The notes beneath the pieces were generated by a model that did no database searches, was not told the DNA's origin, and saw nothing but the letters and a program-made list of their open reading frames with translations. Made by a program: the position numbers and the translations under genes. Below are positions 10,287-20,366 of a stretch of 64,000 bases of DNA, piece after piece. This stretch comes from Candidatus Omnitrophota bacterium (lineage in GTDB: Bacteria > Omnitrophota > Gorgyraeia > Tantalellales > Tantalellaceae). The stretch's first letter is position 1, and each line of letters starts with the position of its first letter. The DNA lies in the NCBI GenBank assembly GCA_035403965.1, contig DAONGE010000002.1:466-64465 (forward strand), written 5' to 3'.

Positions 10287-11668
10287 ACAAGCTTATATTT
10301 TTTGTCGTAAACATCCTGCTGATAGTAGCGAGCATCGGACTGCGAGTAGTTCCGCGGGGCGATGAGTATATTATCCTTTTCGTTATCCCGCTTTTATTCA
10401 TTATATCCCCGTATGTTCTTGGTGTGCGCCAGACGATCTTTATGATATCCATCAACGCGGTATTTTTTGTATCCGGGGTTTTCTTCAGGATACTCGAAGT
10501 CGAAGACGTTATAATGTTGACGACGTTGCTTGTGGTGTGCGCCGGTGTAAGCAGGACGTTGATGACGCTTGGCAGGGAATTTGATATCTATAACAGGTCC
10601 AAGATCATCGACGAGGAAAGAAAATATAACGGCATAGTGAAAGAGCTGGAAGGAGTTGAACGCGAAGGCCGCGTAGTGGAGAAGGAACTTGTCAGGATAT
10701 CCAGACTTTATGAGATTACAAAGCAGCTCGGGTCAGTTCTGAAATTTGGCGATCTTCTCGACGCGTTGCTTGATTTTTTGGAGAACAACTTTCGGTTCGA
10801 GACGGCGCATTTGCTGGTTTTCAGCAAAGGAGAATTTACGCATGGCGTTTCGCGCAGTGTTTCTCTCGGTAAGGATAGCCCGGGCGCGCAGCAGGCAAAG
10901 ATAGAATACAAAGCCCTGGTGGAGTATATGAAGGAAAGAGACTTCAAACCTTTTTATCTTGAAAGGGAAGAAGCTAAGGAATTTTTCGAGAAAGTTTCTA
11001 TTAAATCGGATACTTTTTTTGCTTTCCCACTTTTTGTGGAACACATTTCCGCGATACTTGCCCTTGAGGGGGCTAATAAAGTAGGTTTCAGCAGGTTCGG
11101 TATAGTTGTGCCGCAGATCGCGCTTGAGCTCAGGAAAGTCGAATTATATGAACAGGTGGAAAAACTGTCGATAATAGACGGTCTGACCGGTATATATCTC
11201 CGACGGTATCTGATAGACAGACTTGAGGAAGAAGTAGACAGGGCAAGACGTCTTAATCTGACATTTTCTGTCGGGATGATAGATATAGATCATTTTAAAA
11301 AGATCAACGATACATATGGGCATCTTGTTGGTGACGCCGTTCTTAAGGAGATAGCGGAAAGGCTTAAATTGTCGGTTCGCGAGGTCGATATGGTCGCCAG
11401 ATACGGCGGAGAGGAATTCTGTGTGGTTCTTCCGGAGACGACAAGCGATCTCGCTCGGACAGTAGCTGAACGTTTGCGAAAATCCGTGGAATCCGGTGTC
11501 GTTAAAGCTTTTGATGAAAAAATAAAGGTATCGGTCAGTATCGGCGTGGCGACATATCCGGCCGACGGGAACTCGGCGTCGGTTCTTATAGATTCCGCGG
11601 ATAATGCTCTGTACAGAGCGAAAAGAAAAGGACGGAACAGGGTGTGTCTTGCGGGAAGTAAGGAATAA
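10274..11668 (+). CDS. Membrane-anchored GGDEF diguanylate cyclase; GGEEF plus RxxD I-site
   Basis: 464 aa; TM N-terminus, sensor region, GGDEF with RYGGEEF preceded by REVD (I-site); overlaps the upstream paralogue by 13 nt. Confidence 0.8.
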   Translation: MFKVNKLIFFVVNILLIVASIGLRVVPRGDEYIILFVIPLLFIISPYVLGVRQTIFMISINAVFFVSGVFFRILEVEDVIMLTTLLVVCAGVSRTLMTLGREFDIYNRSKIIDEERKYNGIVKELEGVEREGRVVEKELVRISRLYEITKQLGSVLKFGDLLDALLDFLENNFRFETAHLLVFSKGEFTHGVSRSVSLGKDSPGAQQAKIEYKALVEYMKERDFKPFYLEREEAKEFFEKVSIKSDTFFAFPLFVEHISAILALEGANKVGFSRFGIVVPQIALELRKVELYEQVEKLSIIDGLTGIYLRRYLIDRLEEEVDRARRLNLTFSVGMIDIDHFKKINDTYGHLVGDAVLKEIAERLKLSVREVDMVARYGGEEFCVVLPETTSDLARTVAERLRKSVESGVVKAFDEKIKVSVSIGVATYPADGNSASVLIDSADNALYRAKRKGRNRVCLAGSKE

Positions 11669-11669
11669 G

Positions 11670-11697
11670 TTGCGATATGACGCAAAGTATGTATAAT
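11670..11697 (+). promoter_or_regulatory. Putative sigma70 promoter TTGCGA-16-TATAAT upstream of the lptD-like gene
   Basis: TTGCGA 11670-11675, TATAAT 11692-11697, 16-nt spacer. Confidence 0.4.
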
Positions 11698-11748
11698 AAT
11701 CACGTTGATATATAAACCTGTGCAATTCAACGAGAAACCGGACAGTAG

Positions 11749-14004
11749 ATGAATAAGAGATCGGTGTCATTTAAAGGAATAGTTTGCAAAAAACTCGCGG
11801 CAGTTTCTGCCTTTTTATCTTTTAGCCTTGCCCTTATGCCCGTACAAAATTCTTTCGCTCAGGATCCGAGCGTGCTTGCGAGTAAAATGAAAAAAGATAC
11901 GCCGGTCGTTGTCGACGGCGACAAGGTGGAATATTTCGATAAGGAGAACAAAATAACCGCCGACGGAAATGTTGTCGTTACATATGGGGATGTGACGTTG
12001 AAATGCGATAGGATAGAAGTTTATACAAAAGCCCAACAGGCCGCGTGTTACGGGCATGTAAAGATAGAGCACCCGGACGGAGTTCTTACCGGTGATCATA
12101 TAATTTACGATCTTAAAAATAGAAAAGGTGAACTGGCAGGCGCGGATGTCAAGGCGTTCCCGTGGTTCGGCCAGGCGGATGAAACCAGGCGCGTTTCCGA
12201 AACCGAGTATGAAATGAAGAATGGGTATATTACAACGTGCGATCTGGACGAACCGCATTACCGCATCAAGGCCAAGGAAATAAAAGTTTTCCCGGACGAT
12301 AAGATCATTGCCAAAGATACGATCATATATATCGGCGATACGCCGGTCATGTGGTTGCCGTACTATTATCACCCCATAGTGCAAAGCCGGTCCAAAGTAC
12401 AGTTTATTCCCGGCTATAGTAGCGACTGGGGATATTTTTTATTATCTTCGTGGAGATTCTATATAAAAGGGAACACTAAGGTGGATGTCCTTCTTGATTA
12501 TAGAACTAAGAAAGGGTTTGCCGAAGGGGCCAATTTTTATTATTTCGCCGATGATCTGGGGCTGGAAGGTCTTGGGAGCGGGATTTTTAGGGGATACTAT
12601 GTGGAGCAGAATGGATGGGGTACATACGACAAAACGGCGTTCAGAGACGAAGAGGGAACGGATCCGAAACTTCGCAACAGGTTCCAGTGGCAGCACAGAG
12701 TCGATTTTGATGAAAATACGCTCGGCCTAATAGGTATGAACAAGATAAGCGACAAATATGTACTAAAGGATTATTTCTACAACGAATATGAAGAAAACAG
12801 CCAGGACGCGCAAAATTATGTATATTTTACGACGGGACAGGAAAATTTCATTGCGAGCGTGCAGGCAACTCCGAGAATAAACGATTTTTATACACAGGTG
12901 CAAAAACTTCCGGAAGCCGAGATAGTTGTTCCAAACCAGAGACTTGGCGAAACATCTTTTTTCTATACTTCCGAAACTTCCGCGACATATTTTGATAAGG
13001 AGTATGAGGACGGAAGCTCAAATCCTTCCGAACGTGTGGCGCGATTCGATACATGCCACAGGCTTTCTTATGTGGAAAAATTGGGCTGTATGCGGGTTAT
13101 CCCGTACGGGGAGTTCCGCGAGACCGCGTATAATAGAAAACGTTGGCAGAGTGAGGGCGCGTATGACCGCCAGACCTTCGGTGGCGGCCTTGATACCTCG
13201 ACACGATTCTACAATTTATACAATGTAAAAACAGATTTCGCGGGAATGGATATAAACGGGCTTCGTCATATTGTTATGCCGGGTGTGGAATATTTTACAC
13301 GGCATCAGCCTACGATAGGACCGGACAGCCTTTATCAGATGGATGACGTGGATGCGATCAGTAAAAGCAACGGGATGACGTTTTATTTGGAGAATAAATT
13401 GCAGACCAAGCGCCACGCAAAAGACGGAAGTCTCTATACTGTCGATTTTATCCGGTATATTTTTAGCACCGACTACTATTTTTATATGAAAAAAGACGAG
13501 TGCGCGTTCGAGAGAAAGAGCGCATTGCTTGACAATATGAAGATGCAGGGTGATTTTAATCCGTATGAATGGTTATACCTCAGATCAGAGATGGAATTGG
13601 TGCCGAATAATCAGTCGGTTAAGACCGGTATAGCCGAATTTACCGTTACGCCGCCGGGAAAACGGTTTCATGCCACCTGCGGTTATAGGTACGAGAAAAA
13701 AGCGGATGATCCCCGTAACCAGTTTACGTTTGATACAAGCTATATTTTGAGTCCTAAATGGCGGTTTGACTGGTATGAAAGAGTCAATTTCCAGGATAAT
13801 AATATCGAATATCAGCAATATACAATCGTAAGGGATCTTCATTGCTGGGAAGTGGAATTTTCTTATTCCGTAGAGGGAGATAATTTTTTCAAAGACAACT
13901 ATACGGTCTGGATAGCATTCCGTATTAAGGCGTTCCCCGATCTTCAATTGGGGCTTAACCGAGGATTTTCCAACCGGCCGGCCGGTTCATCTATCGACCA
14001 TTGA
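11749..14004 (+). CDS. lptD: LPS-assembly protein LptD/OstA-like outer-membrane protein
   Basis: 751 aa; signal peptide; N-terminal OstA/LptA-like beta-jellyroll (DGDKVEY...GNVVVTYGD...) followed by a large beta-rich domain with aromatic-rich strands, ending in a terminal aromatic. Confidence 0.6.
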   Translation: MNKRSVSFKGIVCKKLAAVSAFLSFSLALMPVQNSFAQDPSVLASKMKKDTPVVVDGDKVEYFDKENKITADGNVVVTYGDVTLKCDRIEVYTKAQQAACYGHVKIEHPDGVLTGDHIIYDLKNRKGELAGADVKAFPWFGQADETRRVSETEYEMKNGYITTCDLDEPHYRIKAKEIKVFPDDKIIAKDTIIYIGDTPVMWLPYYYHPIVQSRSKVQFIPGYSSDWGYFLLSSWRFYIKGNTKVDVLLDYRTKKGFAEGANFYYFADDLGLEGLGSGIFRGYYVEQNGWGTYDKTAFRDEEGTDPKLRNRFQWQHRVDFDENTLGLIGMNKISDKYVLKDYFYNEYEENSQDAQNYVYFTTGQENFIASVQATPRINDFYTQVQKLPEAEIVVPNQRLGETSFFYTSETSATYFDKEYEDGSSNPSERVARFDTCHRLSYVEKLGCMRVIPYGEFRETAYNRKRWQSEGAYDRQTFGGGLDTSTRFYNLYNVKTDFAGMDINGLRHIVMPGVEYFTRHQPTIGPDSLYQMDDVDAISKSNGMTFYLENKLQTKRHAKDGSLYTVDFIRYIFSTDYYFYMKKDECAFERKSALLDNMKMQGDFNPYEWLYLRSEMELVPNNQSVKTGIAEFTVTPPGKRFHATCGYRYEKKADDPRNQFTFDTSYILSPKWRFDWYERVNFQDNNIEYQQYTIVRDLHCWEVEFSYSVEGDNFFKDNYTVWIAFRIKAFPDLQLGLNRGFSNRPAGSSIDH

Positions 14005-14021
14005 TTGGGCCATTTTCCCGC

Positions 14022-14050
14022 TTGTAACTTGCGCACACAGTTGATATAAT
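14022..14050 (+). promoter_or_regulatory. Putative sigma70 promoter with extended -10 (TTGTAA-17-TGaTATAAT) heading the first glycosylation module
   Basis: TTGTAA 14022-14027; TG 14042-14043; TATAAT 14045-14050; AT-rich leader, then GGGGG RBS before ATG 14116. Confidence 0.5.
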
Positions 14051-14115
14051 CAAACGATAAATTCATATATTGTTATAAACTATTATAAGTAATAATAATA
14101 TGTCCGGGGGAAACC

Positions 14116-15420
14116 ATGAATATCGCAATCATAGGGGCGGGATATGTCGGCCTTGTTACGGGTACTTGTTTTTCGGAATTGGGGAACAATGTGTTCTGTG
14201 CCGATAATGATGAGCGTAAGATAGCGGTTTTGAAAGAAGGCGGCGTTCCGATATATGAGCCGGGACTAGAGGAATTGATTCGGAAAAACATGACGAAGGG
14301 GCGGCTGAAATTCACGTCGGATATCAAAGAAGCGGTTCGTGCGGCACAGGTCGTATTTATTTGTGTGGGAACTCCGTCCAGAGAAGACGGTAGCGCGGAC
14401 CTTACTGCGATAGAAAAGGTCTCGAAGGCAATAGCCGAAAGCATCGATTCATATAAGCTGATAGTTGAAAAAAGTACAGTACCGGTCGAGACCGGGGAAT
14501 GGGTTAAGAAAACCATCAACACTTTCAAAAAGAATACCGTTGAATTCGATGTCGCCTCGAATCCCGAGTTTTTAAAAGAAGGGTCGGCCATTGAGGATTT
14601 TATGAAGCCTGACAGGGTGGTTGTTGGCGTCGAGTCGAAAAAGGCCGAGGAAATATTCCGGGAACTTTACGGACCGCTGGGGACAAAGATAGTAGTTACG
14701 AATATTCAAGGCGCCGAAATAATAAAACACGCCTCTAATTCATTTCTTGCCATGAAGATCTCGTTCGCGAACGCGCTTAGCAATATCTGCGAACGTACCG
14801 GTGCCGACGTGAATGCCGTCGCGGAAGGGATAGGTCTGGATAAAAGGATAAATACGCATTTTCTCAAGGCGGGTATAGGGTTTGGAGGGTCGTGTTTTCC
14901 GAAGGACCTTAAAGCGTTCATTTATATCGCCGAAAAACTCGGTTATCCGATGCATCTTTTGGAAGAAGTAGAGAAAATAAACGACATGCAAAAAACTCTT
15001 GTCATAAAGAAAATAAAAGAACTTTTGTGGAATATACCAGAAAAATGTATCGGGGTGTGGGGGCTTGCATTTAAACCCGATACGGATGACATCCGATCCG
15101 CTCCGGCCATTGAGATAATTAAGATGCTGCTCGCGGAAAGGGCGCACATAAAGGCGTTTGATCCGGCGGCGATGAAAAGGACGAAAGAAGAATTAGGCGA
15201 TAAGATACAATACTGTCAGGATATTTACGATGTGGCTAAGGATGCTGATTGTGTGATACTTATGACGGAATGGAATGAATTCAAGGAAATAGACTGGGAA
15301 CGCCTTAAAAATATTATGAAACAGCCGGTGATCCTTGATGGTCGTAATATATATGATCCGGACAAACTTACAAAATTGGGTTTCAGATATGCAGGTATAG
15401 GACGAAAGAATAAGGCATGA
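14116..15420 (+). CDS. ugd: UDP-glucose 6-dehydrogenase
   Basis: 434 aa; N-terminal GAGYVG Rossmann motif; catalytic GFGGSCFPKD. Confidence 0.9.
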   Translation: MNIAIIGAGYVGLVTGTCFSELGNNVFCADNDERKIAVLKEGGVPIYEPGLEELIRKNMTKGRLKFTSDIKEAVRAAQVVFICVGTPSREDGSADLTAIEKVSKAIAESIDSYKLIVEKSTVPVETGEWVKKTINTFKKNTVEFDVASNPEFLKEGSAIEDFMKPDRVVVGVESKKAEEIFRELYGPLGTKIVVTNIQGAEIIKHASNSFLAMKISFANALSNICERTGADVNAVAEGIGLDKRINTHFLKAGIGFGGSCFPKDLKAFIYIAEKLGYPMHLLEEVEKINDMQKTLVIKKIKELLWNIPEKCIGVWGLAFKPDTDDIRSAPAIEIIKMLLAERAHIKAFDPAAMKRTKEELGDKIQYCQDIYDVAKDADCVILMTEWNEFKEIDWERLKNIMKQPVILDGRNIYDPDKLTKLGFRYAGIGRKNKA

Positions 15421-15442
15421 TGAACAGAACTGTGAATAAATT

Positions 15443-16756
15443 ATGAGCATATATTCGGTGTTGAAAACGAAAATAGAAAAGAAATCGGCGGTTGTCACCG
15501 TAATAGGCCTTGGATATGTAGGGCTCCCGATGGCGATGGAGTTTTGCAAGAACGGATATAAAGTAAATGGCCTCGATACGAGCGAAAAACGTATTGCGAA
15601 GCTCAAGAAAAAAGAATCATATATCAACGATATATCATCCGGCGAGATCGCAAAAGTTTTTAAGACCGGACGATTCAGCGTTACGTTGGATGACAGCGTG
15701 CTATCCGCGTCGGATGCAATAGTGATCTGCGTGCCTACGCCTTTAAGGAAGACGTATCAGCCGGATGTTTCGTATATCGTAAGCGTGGGAAAAACATTGG
15801 CGAAAAGAGTCAAGCGCGGACAGTTGATAATACTTGAAAGTACAACATATCCGGGAACGACCCGTGAAATAATACTGCCTATGCTTGAAAAAAACAAGCT
15901 CGTTCTGAATAAGGATTTTTATCTGGCGTTCTCGCCGGAAAGGATCGACCCAGGCAACGCGAAATATGATTTTACAAATATCCCGAAAGTCGTTGGAGGT
16001 TTTACTGCTGAGAGCACGGAATTGGGAAGGATGTTATATTCCAAAGTTGTTAAAAAGGTAATTGGGGTATCAAGTCCTGAAACAGCGGAAGTAACGAAAC
16101 TGCTTGAGAATACATTTCGCATAGTGAATATCGGTCTTATTAATGAATTCGCGAATCTGTGCCATAAGCTGGAAATAGATGTGTGGGAAGTTATACGTGC
16201 CGCCGAGACCAAGCCTTTCGGTTTTATGCCGTTCTATCCGGGGCCTGGAATAGGAGGGCATTGTATCCCGGCAGATCCGATATATCTTTCTTGGAAAGCG
16301 CGTAAAATAGGTTTTGAGACTAAAATGATCGACCTGGCAGCTCTTGTTAACAGGGAAATGCCCGGGCATATAGTGGACAGGACCGAACAGATGCTGAAAT
16401 CCCGCGGGAAAAAGATAAAAGGCGCCAAAGTATTTATAATGGGAGTGACATACAAGAAGGATGTGAATGATCTAAGAGAGTCTCCGGCACTGGAGATAAT
16501 TGAGAATCTTGAGAAGAAAAAAGCTAAAATAGCGTATTATGATCCATATATTCCTTATCTCGATCTTTATAAGATAAAGGGTTGTTCTGTTGCCCCCAAG
16601 CCGGATATCCTGAAAAAACAGGATATAGTGATAGTTGTGACCGATCATTCTAACGTTGATTATGGATCGATTGCCAAACATTCGAGGATCGTGTTCGATA
16701 CGCGCAACGTATTCGAGAGAAAAGGTATCCGATCCGGCAATGTAATAAAACTATGA
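15443..16756 (+). CDS. Nucleotide-sugar dehydrogenase, UDP-N-acetyl-D-glucosamine/mannosamine 6-dehydrogenase-like (WbpA/WecC family)
   Basis: 437 aa; GLGYVGLP Rossmann; GPGIGGHCIP active-site motif typical of the UDP-GlcNAc/ManNAc dehydrogenase subfamily. Confidence 0.8.
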   Translation: MSIYSVLKTKIEKKSAVVTVIGLGYVGLPMAMEFCKNGYKVNGLDTSEKRIAKLKKKESYINDISSGEIAKVFKTGRFSVTLDDSVLSASDAIVICVPTPLRKTYQPDVSYIVSVGKTLAKRVKRGQLIILESTTYPGTTREIILPMLEKNKLVLNKDFYLAFSPERIDPGNAKYDFTNIPKVVGGFTAESTELGRMLYSKVVKKVIGVSSPETAEVTKLLENTFRIVNIGLINEFANLCHKLEIDVWEVIRAAETKPFGFMPFYPGPGIGGHCIPADPIYLSWKARKIGFETKMIDLAALVNREMPGHIVDRTEQMLKSRGKKIKGAKVFIMGVTYKKDVNDLRESPALEIIENLEKKKAKIAYYDPYIPYLDLYKIKGCSVAPKPDILKKQDIVIVVTDHSNVDYGSIAKHSRIVFDTRNVFERKGIRSGNVIKL

Positions 16757-18582
16757 ACGAAAAAAACATCTATATTCTGGGGATATCGGCGTATTATCAT
16801 GACGCGGCCGCTGCGCTCCTTTGCAACGGTGAAATAATCGCTGCGGCACAGGAAGAACGGTTTACGCGGAAAAAGCATGACCCGTCTTTCCCTTCCAACG
16901 CGGTAGCATATTGTCTTAAAGAAGCCGGAGTGTCGATCGGAGATGTTGCAGTCGTTGCTTTTTATGATAAACCGTTCCTAAAATTCGAAAGACTTCTTGA
17001 GACCTATCTTGCTTTCGCGCCAAAGGGGTTAAGGTCGTTTATATCGTCGATGCCGGTATGGGTCAAAGAAAAAATATTTATGAAGGACCATTTGAGGTCC
17101 GAATTGGGGTATTCAGGAAAGATAATATTCCCTGAACATCATCATTCGCACGCAGCCAGCGCTTTTTATCCGTCGCCTTTTAAAGAAGCCGCGATACTTA
17201 CGGTTGATGGAGTGGGTGAATGGGCAACCGTAAGCTTCGGCACGGGGTGCGGGAATAAAATAGAACTTTCGCATGAGATGCGTTTTCCGCATTCACTAGG
17301 CCTTTTGTATTCGGCATTCACATACTATTGTGGTTTCAAGGTCAACTCGGGTGAATATAAACTTATGGGACTTGCGCCGTACGGCGAACCCAAATATGTC
17401 GACCTTATTCTTAAACACCTGGTGGATGTAAAAGAAGACGGTTCTTTTAAACTAAATCTGAAATATTTTGATTATTGTACAGGACTTCGTATGACGAATA
17501 AATATTTTCACGATCTTTTCGGAGGCGAACCCAGAAAACCGGAAGATAAGCTCGAAGAAAGGCATATGGACATCGCCCGGTCAATACAGGCCGTTACCGA
17601 AATGATAACGATGAAAATGGCCGTACATGTCCATCATGTTACGGGTATGGATAATTTATGTCTTGCGGGAGGGGTCTCACTTAACTGTGTTTCAAACGGG
17701 AAAATATTAAGGGAAGGACCTTTTAAAAATATATGGGTACAGCCCGCCGCGTCTGATGCCGGTGGCGCTCTCGGAGCCGCGCTTGTGGCGTGGCATAAAT
17801 ATCTGGGAAATGAGAGAAATGTTGTTCCAGAACATGACGCGCAAAAGGCAACGCTTTTGGGGCCGTCTTTCACAGATGACGATATAGAAGGATATTTTAA
17901 CCGCGAGCATATCCCATACAGACGCTTTAAATATTCGGATATTCCGGATATCACGGCCAAGCTTATAGCGGAACAAAAAGTAATTGGCTGGTTTCAGGGG
18001 AAAATGGAATTTGGTCCCAGGGCTCTCGGGGCACGGAGTATTCTTGGGGATCCGAGGTCTGCGGAAATGCAGTCATTGATAAACAGAAAAATAAAATTCA
18101 GGGAATCCTTTAGGCCTTTTGCTCCGTCCGTGCTTCTTGAGAACGCCGAAGAGTATTTCGACCTCAAAGCGGAAAGCCCGTATATGCTTATCGTGGCGAT
18201 TATCAGCGAGGGGAAAAGGCTGAAGATCGACGGGTCTGATAACCTGACAGGCCTCAATAAATTAAAGGCCAAAAGGTCGGTCGTTCCGGCAGTGACCCAT
18301 GTCGATAATTCCGTAAGGGTGCAGACCGTAAAAAGAGAAGATAATCCACTCTATTACGATGTGATCAAAAGATTCAAGGATAATTATGGATGTCCGCTCG
18401 TGATAAACACCTCGTTCAATGTGAGAGGGGAGCCTATAGTTTGTACTCCGAACGATGCGTATAGATGTTTCATGCGCACGAATATCGATTATCTAATAAT
18501 TGGGTGTTTTGTTGTGGATAAAAAAGAGCAGGATCCGGCGCGGTTAAAACTTGAGGAAGTGAACGAATTCGCCCCGGATTAA
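16753..18582 (+). CDS. Carbamoyltransferase (NodU/CmcH/NovN family)
   Basis: 609 aa; N-terminal ILGISAYYHDAAAAL..EERFTRKKHD is the characteristic carbamoyltransferase N-domain; start overlaps the upstream stop (ATGA). Confidence 0.9.
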   Translation: MNEKNIYILGISAYYHDAAAALLCNGEIIAAAQEERFTRKKHDPSFPSNAVAYCLKEAGVSIGDVAVVAFYDKPFLKFERLLETYLAFAPKGLRSFISSMPVWVKEKIFMKDHLRSELGYSGKIIFPEHHHSHAASAFYPSPFKEAAILTVDGVGEWATVSFGTGCGNKIELSHEMRFPHSLGLLYSAFTYYCGFKVNSGEYKLMGLAPYGEPKYVDLILKHLVDVKEDGSFKLNLKYFDYCTGLRMTNKYFHDLFGGEPRKPEDKLEERHMDIARSIQAVTEMITMKMAVHVHHVTGMDNLCLAGGVSLNCVSNGKILREGPFKNIWVQPAASDAGGALGAALVAWHKYLGNERNVVPEHDAQKATLLGPSFTDDDIEGYFNREHIPYRRFKYSDIPDITAKLIAEQKVIGWFQGKMEFGPRALGARSILGDPRSAEMQSLINRKIKFRESFRPFAPSVLLENAEEYFDLKAESPYMLIVAIISEGKRLKIDGSDNLTGLNKLKAKRSVVPAVTHVDNSVRVQTVKREDNPLYYDVIKRFKDNYGCPLVINTSFNVRGEPIVCTPNDAYRCFMRTNIDYLIIGCFVVDKKEQDPARLKLEEVNEFAPD

Positions 18583-18728
18583 AGGATGGAAGGTATAACG
18601 AAAAGAAGTAGTGTGCGATCTTGCGAGGAGAAACGCGGCGAAGCAATCTTTGCAAAAATCAAACCCATGAGATGCTCATTATCAGTCGTTCGCAATGACC
18701 CGGGAAATGGCAATGTTAAAATTGAGGG

Positions 18729-19145
18729 ATGGAAAACAATATGGAAAAGAACAAAGAAGTTACAATAAAAGACCTTAAACAATTCGGCATTGTGCTGGCG
18801 CTGATACTCTGGGTATTCGGGGCCATCCAATTTTTCAAAGGCAGGGATATTTATATCTGGTTTGCCGCGGCCGGAATGGTTTCCGCCGGGATGGCAGTAT
18901 TCGCCGTCCCGGGACTTAGACCGGTATACAAAGGATTTATAAAGTTAGCACATGCGATCGGATGGGTAAATGCCAGGGTTATACTTTTCCTTGTATATTA
19001 TCTGCTGGTGTTCCCGATAGGTGTTTTGATGCGGTTGGCCGGGAAAGATTCGATGTCAGCTAATTGGGATAAAAAATCGGATACATATTGGATCGAACGT
19101 CCTTTGGTAGTGGATACAAAGGAAAGTTTGGAAAACCAGTTTTAA
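18729..19145 (+). CDS. SxtJ-like small membrane protein (alternative start at 18741)
   Basis: 138 aa; 3 TM helices; resembles the SxtJ family that typically follows carbamoyltransferase genes. Confidence 0.55.
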   Translation: MENNMEKNKEVTIKDLKQFGIVLALILWVFGAIQFFKGRDIYIWFAAAGMVSAGMAVFAVPGLRPVYKGFIKLAHAIGWVNARVILFLVYYLLVFPIGVLMRLAGKDSMSANWDKKSDTYWIERPLVVDTKESLENQF

Positions 19146-19157
19146 TTTTGGAGAGCA

Positions 19158-19316
19158 ATGGGAAAGATGGAGATATTAAAAGAACTTTGGGATTTCCTGA
19201 AGGTCAGGAAAAGATGGTGGCTGTTGCCGATAATAGTTTTTCTGCTTCTTTTAGGGCTTCTGATAATATTTTCCGAATCGTCGGCTGTGGGCCCTTTTAT
19301 CTATACGTTGTTTTAA
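19158..19316 (+). CDS. DUF5989-like 52-aa membrane protein; not in the ORF track because it is under 60 aa
   Basis: My translation MGKMEILKELWDFLKVRKRWWLLPIIVFLLLLGLLIIFSESSAVGPFIYTLF; single TM; conserved KxRKRWWL motif of the DUF5989 family seen beside SxtJ/carbamoyltransferase genes. Confidence 0.55.
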   Translation: MGKMEILKELWDFLKVRKRWWLLPIIVFLLLLGLLIIFSESSAVGPFIYTLF

Positions 19317-19332
19317 TTGACGGGAGAACATA

Positions 19333-20283
19333 ATGGATGTTTTGATCACAGGTGGAGCGGGTTTTATCGGATCTCATCTTGCGGATAGATTGCTGGCGGA
19401 CGGTCATTCTGTTATTGCAGTCGATAATCTGATAACCGGCAGTACGGACAATATCGCGCATCTTATGGGTAACAAGAAATTCGAATTTATCGAACATGAT
19501 GTGTCTAACTACATTTTTGTAGGGAAAAAGATAGATTTTATCCTGCATTTCGCATCGCCGGCAAGTCCGGTGGATTATTTGACGCATCCTATCAAAACAC
19601 TTAAGGTAGGTTCTTTAGGTACGCATAACGCGCTCGGGGTGGCGCGTAAATACGGAGCCAAATTTCTCTTAGCTTCGACCTCAGAGGTTTACGGCGATCC
19701 GCTGGTTAACCCGCAGCCGGAAACTTATTGGGGTAATGTTAATCCCGTCGGACCGCGTGGTGTTTATGACGAAGCTAAACGTTTTGCGGAAGCGATGACG
19801 CTTGCGTATTACAGAAGCCACGGCATTGACGCGAAAATAATCAGGATATTTAATACATATGGGGAGAGAATGCGTAAGAACGACGGTAGGGTGATACCGA
19901 ATTTTATAGATCAGGCGTTGAACGACCAGCCTATTACGGTTTACGGCGACGGTTCTCAGACCAGAAGTTTTTGTTATGTTTCAGATCTTGTCGAAGGGAT
20001 CGTGAGACTTATGAAGTCGGATCTTAACGAGCCGGTGAATATTGGCAATCCGAACGAGATGACAATGAACGAGATCGCCGCGAAGATAAAAAATATCACA
20101 GGCGCAAAAAGCGAGATCGTATATGAGCCGCTTCCGGTAGACGATCCTAAAAAAAGACGGCCCGATATTACGAAAGCCAAGTCAAAATTAGGATGGGAAC
20201 CTAAGGTGTTATTGGAAGATGGGCTCAAAAAGACGATAGAATATTTTAAAATGAAAAAAAACGAAGGAAATGGCAGTGCATAG
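19333..20283 (+). CDS. UDP-glucuronate decarboxylase (UDP-xylose synthase-like extended SDR)
   Basis: 316 aa; [10 protein letters not shown]; catalytic YxxxK (YDEAKR); high similarity pattern to UXS/ArnA-decarboxylase-type enzymes. Confidence 0.85.
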   Translation: MDVLITGGAGFIGSHLADRLLADGHSVIAVDNLITGSTDNIAHLMGNKKFEFIEHDVSNYIFVGKKIDFILHFASPASPVDYLTHPIKTLKVGSLGTHNALGVARKYGAKFLLASTSEVYGDPLVNPQPETYWGNVNPVGPRGVYDEAKRFAEAMTLAYYRSHGIDAKIIRIFNTYGERMRKNDGRVIPNFIDQALNDQPITVYGDGSQTRSFCYVSDLVEGIVRLMKSDLNEPVNIGNPNEMTMNEIAAKIKNITGAKSEIVYEPLPVDDPKKRRPDITKAKSKLGWEPKVLLEDGLKKTIEYFKMKKNEGNGSA

Positions 20284-20291
20284 GGAAGTAC

Positions 20292-20316
20292 CATGTGTCA
20301 AAGTGTCATGTGTCAT
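20292..20316 (+). repeat. Direct repeat CATGTGTCA x2 (three GTGTCA cores) in the UXS-gmd intergenic region
   Basis: CATGTGTCA at 20292-20300 and 20307-20315, with a third GTGTCA at 20303-20308. Confidence 0.5.
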
Positions 20317-20366
20317 ATGGGTAGGAGGATTGAGGATTTGTTTACGAGTACGACAGGGGAATAATT

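Noticed and set aside
18586-18768. 60-aa ORF in the carbamoyltransferase/SxtJ intergenic region
   Set aside because: No RBS, Arg/Lys-rich low-complexity translation, and it overlaps the SxtJ start. It is likely non-coding spacer.
19088-19333. 81-aa + strand ORF from the track, overlapping the SxtJ end and the following small gene
   Set aside because: It is in a different frame from the conserved-looking 52-aa membrane protein (19158-19316) and its translation is not membrane-like. The hand-translated small ORF was preferred.
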